From the NCBI GenBank assembly GCA_020024695.1, contig JAHHTK010000002.1:2103-66102 (forward strand): a stretch of 64,000 nucleotides of DNA, given 5' to 3'. Of the stretch, positions 1-11,709 are shown piece by piece. This DNA comes from Ureaplasma sp. Lineage in GTDB: Bacteria > Bacillota_I > Bacilli_A > Mycoplasmatales > Mycoplasmoidaceae. The notes beneath the pieces are model-generated. The model was not told the origin of the DNA and did not search any database. It saw only the letters and a program-made list of their open reading frames with translations. Position 1 is the stretch's first letter; every line of letters begins with the position of its first letter. A program made the translations under genes and the position numbers.

Positions 1-638
1 AGGTTTTTGGCGACTAAATCACTAATGCCTTTGTTTTCGTTACCAAAAACAATCCCACAGCGTGCACTAAATTCAGTCTTATATAAACTTTGAGCTGTGG
101 TGTCTAACATAGTCCCATAGATTCAAAACCCATGTTCTTTTAAAAGCTTTAAACTAGCTGTTAAATTCGCTACCTCAATTAAGTTTAAATAATTGATCGC
201 TCCCATACTTGTTTTGATAGCCAAATCATTTAAAGGAGCTTGGTGGTCTTTTTTATAAATAACAGCATCAATTTCAAACCCTGCACAGCTTCTTAAAATA
301 GCTCCAAAATTCCGTGCGTCTTCAATTTCATCTAAGATGACAACAGTTAAGTTAGGTTTATTTTTGTTTTGAACTAAAAATTGATTTAAATTCATTTTGA
401 TACGAGATAAATCAATCGCTTTGCTAGGTGCTAATTCAAAAGCAATGAACTGGTGGTTTAAAGTTCTTTCAAACCGATTAAATCACGACTTTTCTACTAC
501 TTTATATTTAATCTGATGATTTAAACAGGTTTGGATTAAACTTTGATTGTACGCTCCTAAATAAACACATTGGACCTCTAATTGGTTTTTAAGAGCATCC
601 ATTAGAGCTTTTTTTCCAAATTGATATTGTCCTGCCAT
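1..638 (-). CDS. rlmB: 23S rRNA Gm2251 2'-O-methyltransferase (TrmH/SpoU family), 3'-partial
   Basis: ATG at 638 (MAGQYQFGKKAL) is in frame with ORF 123-395 through TGA. SPOUT motif VILDEIEDARNFGAILRS. Follows cysS as in the conserved cysS-rlmB arrangement. Confidence 0.85.
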
Positions 639-639
639 C

Positions 640-1959
640 TTATAAGATTCCTTGGTTCATTAATAAGGCACGTTTTTGATCAGCGACTTGGAAATCCTTG
701 GCTTGTACAGCAGCTTGTCATTCATCAATTAATTTTAAATTAGTTTCAGTATGTTTATTATCAAATTCAATTCCTAAGACATCAAGAGTTGCTAATAATT
801 CATTTACTCTGGCTAATAAACTGACATCATCTTTATTTCGTAAACTAATATTGATTTGTTTCACTAATTCATAAACATCACTGACTACATTTGGTAAGGA
901 TAAATTGTTATCTAAATGGTCCATGACACTAGTTGGTAAGTGTGATTGATGCACTTGGTTTAACTCAACATGGTGCATATATAAATGGGTTTTAGCTTGG
1001 TTAATGGCTAATTCAATTTTATTGATAGCTTCAATGTTTTCTTGAATAATTGCTTCAGAGAAATTAATTGGGCTAGCATAATGGCCACTATACATAAATC
1101 AACGTAAAGCTTGGTATGGATATTTATCCAATAAATCTTTCACTAAAATAAAGTTATTTAAGGATTTAGACATCTTTTGACCATCAATGTTAATCATTCC
1201 AATGTGCATTCAAATATCGGCTAATGGTTGGTTAAATAAAGCCATATTTTGAGCGTTTTCATTTTCATGGTGAGGGAATTTTAAGTCATTCCCACCCCCG
1301 TGAATGTCAACGTGGTGGTTGGCAAACTTATTGATTAAATAAACACATTCGGTGTGTCAGCCTGGGCGGCCTAACCCTCATGGTGATTCTCACTGAATCC
1401 CTTTGTCAGTTTTCTTTCACAACACAAAATCAGTTGGGTTTAATTTGCCTTCACTAGTCGCAATTCTAGCCCCCGCTTTCAGTTCATCTAACTTTTTATG
1501 GGATACTGAGCCATAACTATCTAATTTGGTGGTGTTGAAATAAACATCCCCATCAGAACCTACATAGCCATAACCTGATTGAATAATCGCATCAATAAAA
1601 TCAATCATTTCATAAATGACATCAGTTACTTTTGGGTTATTCATTGGTAAGGTATGCAATGCTTTTTTAATGTCTAAATACTGTTGGGTATAATAATCGC
1701 TCAATTCTAATTCAGCCTTGTTTTCTTTGATAGCAGCATCAATAATTTTGTCATCAATATCAGTAATGTTGACAATATAGTTGACGTCTTTGCCTAAATA
1801 TTTTAAGTAACGATAAAGAACATCAAAGACAATAATAGGGCGAGCATTCCCTAAATGGATGTGGTTATAAACAGTTGGCCCACAGTTATAAATACTAATG
1901 GATTGTTTATCTAAAATCTGATAGGTGTTGGATGCATCATCAAATAATTTAATTGCCAT
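640..1959 (-). CDS. cysS: Cysteine--tRNA ligase
   Basis: Motifs [36 protein letters not shown] and KMSKS. Fragments are in one frame across TGA codons; 439 aa. Confidence 0.97.
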
Positions 1960-2695
1960 CTTTGACTCCCTTCGCTAACACAATGTTATTGTCTTTCGCT
2001 CATAATTGTTTTTCATATTGGTGTTTATGGATTTTTGAAAATAAATAAGCATTAATTTGGTCATCTTCACTATAAGGGAAGGCTTGTTGGTCTAAGACCA
2101 CTACGGCATTATTGTTTTCAACTGCAATCCCATAATTAACATTGCCAATTTCATTAATCATTTGATCAAAACCATTCCGACCAGGTTCATCATAGTGCAC
2201 ACAAATCGCTGCATCAACACAGCCAAGCCCATTGACAGCAATAAAGTCTCAAGCAGCATTATTTTCAGCCGTAAATGAATTTGAATCAGAATGGCCTCAT
2301 TTGAATCAACAAATAGCCCCTGCTGATAAACCACAACAAACCTTACCATCTTGATAAGCTTCTAATAACATCGTATCAACATGTAATTTCTTTCATAATT
2401 CCATCATCATTTTGGTGTTACCCCCACCAACATAAATAATGTCAGCATTATTAATCATAGTGCGAATTTGTTCCCGACTATATTGTTGGGTGCATAAATT
2501 TAGAGATTCAAAAACAACATTAAATTGTTGAAATTGATCATGAATTTTTTGAATATAACTTGGGTTATCATTGCTAGCAGTTGGGATAAATAAAAATCTT
2601 GGATTTTCACTTTGAGCTAAATAAACAATGTACCGATTAATCTTATCTAAGGGAGTGGCATCTTTACTACCACCAATAGCGACAATTTTACGCAT
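1949..2695 (-). CDS. Peptidase E / S51 family dipeptidase
   Basis: Motifs FIPTAS, IYVGGGNT, nucleophile GLSAGA and C-terminal HY. ORFs 2393-2695 and 2000-2200 join in frame; 248 aa. Confidence 0.85.
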
Positions 2696-2712
2696 AATTT
2701 TCTTTCCTTTCC

Positions 2713-3699
2713 TTATTTAGTAATGACATCACATAATTGGAAAATGTGTTGTCAAGTTTCATCAAGTTGAGCTAAATTAAGATTTTTAATTTGGCCTAAA
2801 TGCAACATACTATTTAAAACATATCAGGCTTGGTGCATATCTTGTTGGGCAACATCAAAAACTAAACATGGATTATTTGTTCTTGATAAATAATTTGAAA
2901 CGGCATTAGCTTGCATTAAGTTTTTGGAAACATCTTGGTATTGGTTCATGATTAAGACATCAAAACAAGTTTCATTTATATTTTGATGACCTAAATTAAA
3001 GATTTCCAAACTGTAATGAATTTGACTATATGGGTCCACGACTACCATTTTATGTTGGTCAAATGAAATTAAATCCACTAAGATTTGTGAGAAATAGTAA
3101 TAATCTTTAATTTCATCAATCGTGACAACATTTAATTGGAAACGGTCAGCAAAATCATGAATTTGAGCTCCTGAAATCATATGTCCATCATCACCCATAA
3201 TTTCACAACAGACTCCAGTTTCATTTAAACCTGCTAATTTCATTAAAGTGACGGTGGCTTCAGTATGGCCATCTCTCGCTTTTAATAAATGGTCATTAGC
3301 AATTAAAGGGAAAATATGACCAGGGACTTTAAAATCAGCTAAGGTGGCTTTGCCGGTGGCTAATGTATTAACAGTCAAGGCACGATCAAAAGCAGAAACT
3401 CCTGTCGTGGTTGGCATAGCATCAATAGAAATAGTAAAAGGGGTATCACAGCTTAAGATTGGGAAGTTAGCCATTTTCGCTAATCCTGCTTGAGCAGCAA
3501 TTTGTTTGGTAGTTGGACAACAGATTAAACCCTTAGCATAGGTTGCAATTCAATTCATCATTTCAGGGGTAATATTACTTTGGGTGATGATATCAGCTTC
3601 ATTTTCTCTGTCTTCACGGTCAGGAACAATAATCATCTTATTGTCTTTTAAGTCTTGTAAACAAACAAGTACATTATGGAAACGTTGTTCAAAATTCAT
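2713..3699 (-). CDS. ribB: 3,4-dihydroxy-2-butanone 4-phosphate synthase with degenerate C-terminal extension
   Basis: Motifs DREDRENEAD, GLIC, FTISIDA..TTGVSAFDR, PGHIFPL, RDGHTEA and CCEI; 328 aa. Confidence 0.9.
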
Positions 3700-3713
3700 A
3701 TAAGCTCCAATCA

Positions 3714-5933
3714 TTAATTTGAAATCGGTTCGTTGTTATCTTGAGTTAGGAATTGGTAATTAGTAAAGTCATGGATATTTAACCCATATTGACTTAAACG
3801 GTTTAATTTAGGGAACGGAATGACTTCACTAATTAATGAGATTTGGACACAATCATCATCTTTAAAACAAGAATCATATTGTAATTTACCTTCAAACTGA
3901 CTAAAAGTGACATACGCATCATAAGCTAATTGTTTGGGCATAATGACAGAAACAGCCACTTTTAAGCAAGCATAAACTTCACGGTTAAAGTGTTCTTTAC
4001 AAATAAAGATTTGATCAATTTCAGTGGTGCCAACTAATTTCGTAATTAAAACTGAGAAGTGTTTGTATCTTAAGATTCTTCTTAAGTATTGGTCATCAAA
4101 ACTATAAATTAAGTTACTTGGCCCTTGGGTGTTAGGGACATTAATTGGTTTATAAACTGCTTGTTCAACACTCTTAATATCTTTGTTGTTATAAATCCGT
4201 GTTCCTAATTGCTGGTTGTTTCACACTAAATTACCACGGTTATTAATTTCTACTTCATCTAAAATATCACTCGCTTTAGATAAGTGTTGGTTTTCAGCAG
4301 CCCGTATCTTATCAAGTTTATCAGAACTAATTAAACCTGCTTTGACAAAGTCATTCACAATTAATTGGTGTAAGTAATTATATTGTTTTAATTGGTTATT
4401 TTTTTCTTGGATTTCTTTTAAACGGTTTTCATCATTTTTGCGAGCTGAGGAATAATCAGTAAAGATGTTGACCAAAATCCCCATAATGAAAGTGAAATAA
4501 CTAATCCCGACCACTGCTAAAAAGACAGCAATAATTTTGCCAGCGGTTGAATAAGGGACATAGTCGCCATAACCAATGGTGGTAATGGTGACAAAACTAT
4601 ATCAAAGAGCTTGTCAAATCGATTGGAATGGTAACCCATGGGTGAAAGCATCTAAATCATAAGAGCCTGTTTGAGGGTTCAACCAACCTTGTTGAATATA
4701 ATAAGCACTTTCAGTTTCATAAATCGCAAATGAAAAGATTAATAATAAGATAACCAGAGCTACCACGGCTCCTAAGACCACTTTTCATTTTGATTTCATA
4801 ATCTTTTTAAATAATAAAAGATTTTTACCAAAAAAGAAGTTTTCAGCAAATCTTGGAATGACAACTAAGGTATTTAATAAAAACAGGATGGTGACAATTT
4901 GTTTGGTAGGACTATTAGTATCTACTTGTTGGGTTCAGTTCTTACCATCTAGAAATAAAATGGTAATGACGGCAATCACACTCGCTAGTTGGTATAAGTT
5001 AGAAATACTAAATAAATAGGATAAAAAGGCTTTTTTAGTTGACACATAAGGATTACTAAAATCAGCATATGATAGCCTAATGATTCAGTCTAGAATTAAA
5101 CACCAAGCAAAAGCAAACATATATAACCCATATCGGTTAATGTAATAGTTTCTTAATTGAACTTGTTCTGCGGTTCAGCCAATATGAGCAATCGTAGCAA
5201 TAATCGGAGTTAAACTCGATAAAGCCATCCCTAAAATAATAATGTTATAGATCATGGCACAGACTAGTGCAAACGAGAACCGACCTGAGTTAGCTGAAAT
5301 TGAAGTAAACTTATATAAAAAATATCTGAGTTTACCAAATCAAGTTAAGGTTTTAGTGTTAATCTGTTGATTTGATTGATTGTTTTGCACGTTAAAGAAT
5401 GAGGTTTTATATTGATTAAACATTCATCGTGAAGGTTTCACTGGACGTAAGTCACTATTAACCCCAAAACTACTAGATAAAGTTTGGTTGGGTACCATTA
5501 CTGGTGTGGTTGGTTTATCAACTTGAAGATTGTCAGCAGTCTCATTGAGTACTGAATTATCAGAATCAAGAGCATTATTCAAATCTGTTCCTGAACTAGG
5601 ATTGGGTTCAGTAACAGTTGCTTGATCATCCAACACCCCAGAATTATTAATCAAATCAGAGATTTGTTGGTCATTAGCATCAATCCCGACACTTTGGACA
5701 AACATTAAACATAATTGTTGAATAAAGTTTTGTTTATCTTGCACATCAAGACTAGCGATGGCTTGTTTATTGTGTTGAATAAAGTTATTATAAGTTGCTT
5801 CAATATCGACAAAATTACCAACCTTGCTTTGTTTGACGATGTTGGTAATCACCTGTTTAAATAAAGTTAGTAAATGGTCTAATTCTGCCTGACTTTGGCG
5901 GGCACTGAGGTCACTTATTTGATCATCATGCAT
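3714..5933 (-). CDS. Potassium channel family protein with long cytoplasmic N- and C-terminal regions
   Basis: Pore motif WQALWYSFVTITTIGYGDYVP at ~4560-4620, preceded by several hydrophobic segments. Three ORF fragments share one frame; 739 aa. Confidence 0.85.
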
Positions 5934-6060
5934 ATCTTATTAAATTCCTCACTAAGAAAACATATATTTAAATTTTAATAGGATTTAGTAACAAAAACAA
6001 TAAAAAGCCCTTGACATCAACCTTTTTTTATCACTTGAGCCTCTTTTTCATATTTATATG

Positions 6061-6089
6061 AAAAAGCACCCATTCAAACGAATGGATGC
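6061..6089 (-). terminator. Intrinsic terminator
   Basis: Minus strand GCATCCATTC-GTTT-GAATGGGTGC-TTTTT with one G-U pair. Confidence 0.75.
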
Positions 6090-6557
6090 GAATGTATGAA
6101 AGGAAGAAAAGAATATTTTAAAAAAATATTTGTTAACGAATAGACTAGAAATTCATTAGCCTATTTTTTATTATGTGGACTTTCCTTGAAAAAGAGAAAA
6201 AGTTGGAAAGTAAATATCAATATGTCTTACTATAAAAGCAAATTAAAAAAACAAAGAAAGGATAAATAGAAATAAAATGCAAGTATATTATAGACAAGGG
6301 TTTGTTCAGTAAGTATCAGCTAACCTGAACACTCAATCAATTATGAGGTATATTTTCTTTAGTTGCAATCAAATAACGTTGTCTTTATCAATAAATCATC
6401 CAACAACAACACGAAAAGATTTACGATTATCATAAATTTTAAAATAAAATTAGGAGACTTAAAGATACAACAACATCATCTTTAGTTAATTTTATTTCTA
6501 AATTTTTGACTTTAAAACGACTATTTTTTTGTTTTGTACTAAATATTTTCTTTTTAC
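6061..6557 (-). ncRNA. Candidate structured non-coding RNA (~500 nt)
   Basis: Minus-strand TATAAT at 6564-6569, intrinsic terminator at 6061-6089, at least 5 internal hairpins, and no convincing ORF. Confidence 0.45.
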
Positions 6558-6625
6558 ACTTTGATTATATAGACAAAATAGAACTAATCCAAATAAATTT
6601 AAGACGGTTTTGGGTTTCAAAAAAA

Positions 6626-6651
6626 TTATTAATATATTAATATATTAATAA
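6626..6651. repeat. 26-bp perfect AT-only palindrome
   Basis: TTATTAATATATTAATATATTAATAA is its own reverse complement. Confidence 0.8.
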
Positions 6652-6832
6652 ATTCGCCTCTTTTTGTTTTTTGAATCTTGATCATTAAATCTTGTTTAAA
6701 TTGAAGATTAAAAAATAAAAATTAGGTTTAAAATGCTTTTAAATTTGGCTTTTTAGCTTTTTAATTTTAATAATTCTTTTTCTTGACGAGAGAGTTTTTT
6801 GTCCCGAATCACATTTGAATTTTCTTTTTTAA

Positions 6833-7777
6833 CTACAGCAGATTTTTTAGTTGGTTTTTTGGTTGTTTTTGGTTTAGGTTTTGGTTCTTTTTAGATAAAG
6901 CAGCATTTTTAGCATCCTTTCGACTTGCATATCCAGCAAAACCTCTACCTGGAATATTAGCAACACCATTCTTTTGAATATCAGCATAAACTTTATTGAA
7001 GTCTAATTCTTCAAGCACAAATTTGGTGCTTTCTTTTGCTTGATCAATTGGTAAAGTAGCTTTAATTATGTCATGACCTAATGATGCCACATTTAAACTA
7101 ATATATCGACTAAATTCATCTTGAATATAGCCTGTTGCAATCGCTAATGAAAGTGTTGCATGATATTCTTCTTTATCGTCTTTTCAACCAAGGAACTCAA
7201 CAAATTCGTTCGCACTGGTAGCTATGAAATCATCAATCTTATAGTCGGTTTGAAATTTTTGATTATGGTCTTCAATCGCTTTAGTCAAGGCCTTAATGAT
7301 TCTTTTTTGTTTACCTAAATGACGTTTTTCGCCTAAAGCATAGACCCCAACCACTTTTTTGTCAGGATTTTTTGCTTTTGCAATACCATATTCATCAACA
7401 ATGGTTTCAGCTAACACAGCCATAGTTTGATTATCATTGTGTCCTCAAACAGGATCGCTTAAAAAACCTTCATAAATAGTGCCATTGTGTTCAAAATTGA
7501 TAAAGAATGTTTCATAAGTAATCCCTTTATCAATTAATTCAATACCTTTTTCTTTTCAAAAGTTATATTCGCTAGCGACCATAAATCTTAATAAATAAAG
7601 ATTTAGATACTCATCTAAAAAATTAAGCACGTTATCCATATGGTCTTGTGCATTAGGAATTTTGAATTCAAGGATTTCACAGACCTTTTTCATTGAAAGG
7701 CGATTGGTTTTTTGAATATCTTTATAAATAGAATCATAAATCTCTTCAAAAATCTTTAAAAGGGTTTCTTTTTGCAT
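6833..7777 (-). CDS. Hypothetical protein (314 aa; the C-terminus may extend to 6739 in a shifted frame)
   Basis: ORFs 7556-7777, 7184-7423 and 6833-7090 join in frame through TGA. AAGGAAAG SD upstream. Confidence 0.75.
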
Positions 7778-7877
7778 ATTTTATCTTTCCTTAACTTTAT
7801 TGGTTTAATTATAAATGAAATTAAAAACTACTTCTTCGGTTTTAATTGGTTTTCAAAAATTCAAGCTGGGAATTAAT

Positions 7878-7907
7878 AAAAAGTATCATCTGGATACCAG
7901 ATGATAC
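7878..7907 (-). terminator. Intrinsic terminator after the SDR gene
   Basis: GTATCATCTGG-TAT-CCAGATGATAC-TTTTT, a perfect 11-bp stem. Confidence 0.85.
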
Positions 7908-7933
7908 CTATTTATAAAATTGAAAAGGGTTTT

Positions 7934-8752
7934 CTAGCCAGCTTTTTTCATGTTAGCATAGAAACCATATAAAGGGGTGGCCATGCCAAATCCACCAGCG
8001 ACCGAGATTAATTCGCCTGTAATATAACTTGCTAAATCACTTGCTAAGAAAGCTGCTAAGTGAGCAATATCTTCAGCTTGACCTAAACGGTTTAACGGAA
8101 TGTTTTGTAAGAAACTATGAATGAATTCTTCACTCATGTTATTCATTGCTGCGTCAGTAGCAATTAAACCAGGCATAATCGCATTGACCCGAATACCATT
8201 CTTAGCATATTGGGTAGCAATGTTTTGGGTTAAGGCATTGACAGCTGATTTAGAGGTAGCGTAAGCAATCCGTGCTAAATCTGGTAATTTACCCCCAACT
8301 GAAGAAATATTAATAATACTTCCTTTAATATTGTGTTCTACCATCGCTTTAATGGCAGCTTGGGTTGGATAAAAGACTGTAGCAAGATTACTATTTAAAA
8401 TTTCAAAGAAATCCTTACCATCAGTTCTTAAGAGATCAATATCTTTTTGGACATTGGTGTGGCCAAAGTTATTCACTAAAATATCAAGTTTGCCTTCCTT
8501 TGTCATGATTTCATCAATCATTGAAGTGAAGGTTTCATGTTTGAAAGCGTCAAAATAAACAACATCAGCCTGACCACCGTTCGCATTAATTTCAGCAGCA
8601 ATCTTGGCTCCTTGTTCGAGATTTCGTACACCAAGATAAACTTTCGCTTGACAAGCTGCAAAGGTTTTGGCGATTTCTAACCCAATTCCTCTTGTGGAAG
8701 AAGTGACTAAAGCCACTTTTCCAGCTAATAAATTTGCAAATTTATCGAACAT
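7934..8752 (-). CDS. SDR oxidoreductase, probable NADP-dependent 7-alpha-hydroxysteroid dehydrogenase
   Basis: Motifs VTSSTRGIG, DILVNNFG, ISSVGG.LPD.ARIAY...K, PGLIATDAAMNNM and GGF..ATP.Y match clostridial 7-alpha-HSDHs as recalled from memory. Confidence 0.8.
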   Translation of the reverse strand: MFDKFANLLAGKVALVTSSTRGIGLEIAKTFAACQAKVYLGVRNLEQGAKIAAEINANGGQADVVYFDAFKHETFTSMIDEIMTKEGKLDILVNNFGHTNVQKDIDLLRTDGKDFFEILNSNLATVFYPTQAAIKAMVEHNIKGSIINISSVGGKLPDLARIAYATSKSAVNALTQNIATQYAKNGIRVNAIMPGLIATDAAMNNMSEEFIHSFLQNIPLNRLGQAEDIAHLAAFLASDLASYITGELISVAGGFGMATPLYGFYANMKKAG

Positions 8753-8805
8753 TTTAATTTACCTTTCGTATAAAGTTTAATGAATTATTTTAGCATACAA
8801 TTCAG

Positions 8806-9564
8806 CTATTTTAATGAAATGAGATTAATATTCACTTCTTCTAATTTCTTTTCCACTAAGTCAACTTTTTCTTCTAATTCTAAGTTGGCATCAACTAAAA
8901 TGTAAGGGATTCCGTATTGACGACAGACATCAACCATATAAGTTGGATATAAATTATGAAGACGTTTGAAATAGGTTTCGTTCTTAGCAAAGTTTTCAAC
9001 TTCACAAGCTCGGTTCCGTTCATAAATCCGACGGGTAAATAAGTCTCAGTCTCCAGTTAAAATGACATATAACTTAGGGATCCCATAATCATAAATTAAT
9101 TCTTTACAAATGGTTTTTCACATACTTGCATAATAATCAAAGATTTCAGGACGGGAGATGTTTTCGTGAGCGAACAATCAATCTTCAAAAATAGAACGGT
9201 CAAAAATGGTTAATTTTTCAGCATTGCAATTGTTTTTGTAATTATCAAAACGGTTTAAAACAAAATACAATTGGAATAAAGAACCATATAACATGTCGTT
9301 ACTACGGTCATACATTTTTGATAATAAAAGATTTGGTAATTGATCTTCTTCATCTAATTCATAAACAACCCGTGCTCCAGGAAAACGGCGTGATAACGCT
9401 TGGACCAAGGTGGATTTTCCGAAAGCAATCATTCCTCCGACTGCAATACAGTTAGCGACCTTTAAAGGACGATAAACTGGTTTTTTGATGACATCGTTGC
9501 CTTGGTCATCTTTAAGTCATTCATATAAGGCCTTAGCTGAGAATTCTTGAGTTGGTTTAGACAT
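8806..9564 (-). CDS. Deoxynucleoside kinase (dAK/dCK/dGK family)
   Basis: P-loop IAVGGMIAFGKST, FQLYF, IFDRSIFEDWLFA and RIYERNRACE; 252 aa. Confidence 0.9.
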
Positions 9565-9608
9565 AACTATCCTTTACATTTACATTAGTTTATTTTTATT
9601 AGTGGTTT

Positions 9609-11660
9609 TTAATTATTAGTATTGACTGGGGTTTGTGGTTTGCTAGTGTGCTTTTTAAATTCCCCATTCTTTTTATTGTGTTTATACTTGTAATAATTAG
9701 GTTTCTTGAAATTCTTTTTGAAGTGTTTTTTCTCCTTTATTTTTTTGTCTTGAGAACCTTCAAAACCATCAGTTTGATCAGAACTGGTTGGTTTATGAGT
9801 ATGGTCATTGATGCCATCTAAATCAATGGCGACACAACAATCATTATCACTGACCATATCTTCATTGTCTTCATCAAGAACTGAATTTGGTTCCGACACT
9901 TTTGTTTCTATTGCGATAATATCTTTCTTAGCGGTTTTATTGAGATAGTGACCTTCGTGCATTTGATCAACAATGTAATCATAATCTAAGAAGGTGACAA
10001 AAATTAACGGGTTTTTCCGACAACTTTTTCAAATCGTTGACTTGGTAATAGATTTAGCATAGTTGGCTAAATTATCCACGTTATCTTCTGGGTGTAAATT
10101 AATTTCGGTTGATAAGTTATCAATTAAAATGGCTTTTAATTTCTTTAATAAAGGCATTTTATTTTTAGCAATGAAACAACCACGGGTAGCGATTTCAATG
10201 TTAGCAATCTTTTTCAATTGTTTAGAATAACAAATTGCTAATTCAATAATCCCTTCATTTGATAAAATCCGACGTTCATTTAATAAAGCTGACGAGTCAG
10301 TTTTAATATCTTTCCCATTGATATACATTGGATCACCTGGTACATCAATGTCAGTTAATGATAATTCACGGTTCAACAACATTAATTTATGACCATTGGT
10401 GGAAATAATGATGTGATCTTTGGATAAGCCTGTATCCATTGCTAATTTTTGCATTTTCCGCATCATTTTATATTCCCCATGGATTGGGAAAATTCAATGT
10501 GGTTTTAATAAATGCATCAATAATTGTAATTCTTGCATGGTGGCATGGCCTGAGGCATGAATTTTTAAGTTAGGCGTGTTTTCAACTACGGTCACCCCTA
10601 ATTTATATAATTTGTCAACCATCGCTTCCACTGAGGCATAGTTGCCTGGAATTGGGTTCGATGAAAGAATCACGGTATCGGTTTTTTTCAAGGCAACCTT
10701 AGGGTGTTTTCCTTTGGCCATCACATTTAAAGCAGCCATTTCTTCCCCTTGACTACCAGTTAATAAAACTAAGACTTCATTGTCTTGGTATTTCTTAATA
10801 TCAGCTGGTTTAATCAAATCGTTATCGGTTAAATTCACCAATTTCATTTTTTTAGAAATTTTGATGTTGGTGTCCATGGATTTTCCAATGACACAGATTT
10901 TTCGATTAAACATTAACGCCATTTCCACGACTTTTTGGATTCTATTAATGTTAGAAGCAAAGGTGGATAAAAAGACCCGTCCTGGTGCTTCTTTAATAAT
11001 ATTAAATAAGTTGTTAAAAATAACAGCTTCACTTTCACTAAAACCAGGGACTTCGGCATTTGTTGATTCACATAATAAAACGTCTAAGTCTTGGGAACGC
11101 ACATCTAATAACTGACTGAAGTTGGTTTCACTTGTTCCAAGCCCTAAATCAAAGCGGAAATCACCTGATTCAAAGACGGTTCCATTTGGTGTTTTAAAAA
11201 AGATAGAATAAGCGTCTGGAATGGAGTGACAGACCCGAATAAATTCAAGGTCAATAGAACCTAACGTGAACTTATTATTTTCGTCGGTAACTTCAATAAA
11301 TTCAGGTAATTTTAACCCTTTAAATTCATTTAATTTCTTACAAATTAATTTGATTGCAAAAGCTGGAGCAATAATTTTTTTAATCGGTACGTGTTTTAAT
11401 AAGTATGGGATTCCCCCAATGTGGTCTTCATGACCATGGGTAATTACTAAGGCACTAATTTTGTCTTGATTTTCAATCAAGGTTTGATAATTAGCGACCA
11501 TCCCATTAATGCCAAGCATATCATCAGGAGCAAACTTAATCCCTGCATCTACGATGATAAGTTGATCATCTTGTTCAATGACATAAGTGTTCTTGCCGAT
11601 TTCTTCAAGCCCACCTAAGGCGTATAAATACGTTGGGTTTTGTTTTTTATTATTAGTCAT
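9609..11660 (-). CDS. rnj: Ribonuclease J with long charged C-terminal tail
   Basis: Motifs LGGLEEIGKN, THGHEDHIG, HSIPD, FASNINR, GSQGE, IHASGHA and PIHGEY; 683 aa. Confidence 0.95.
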
Positions 11661-11709
11661 ATTTCTTCTATAAATATATTAAATTAATTTTGAATTTTAA
11701 AATAAAAGT

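Noticed and set aside
6175..6187. AGGAAAGTCCAC on the minus strand resembles the RNase P RNA P4 motif
   Set aside because: It lies only ~115 nt before a terminator, and the downstream RNase P motifs, including the ACAxAA...GGCTTA P4 partner, are not visible.
5934..6830. CRISPR array or replication origin in the long intergenic gap
   Set aside because: No regularly spaced direct repeats, no cas genes, no evident DnaA-box cluster, and no switch in gene orientation.
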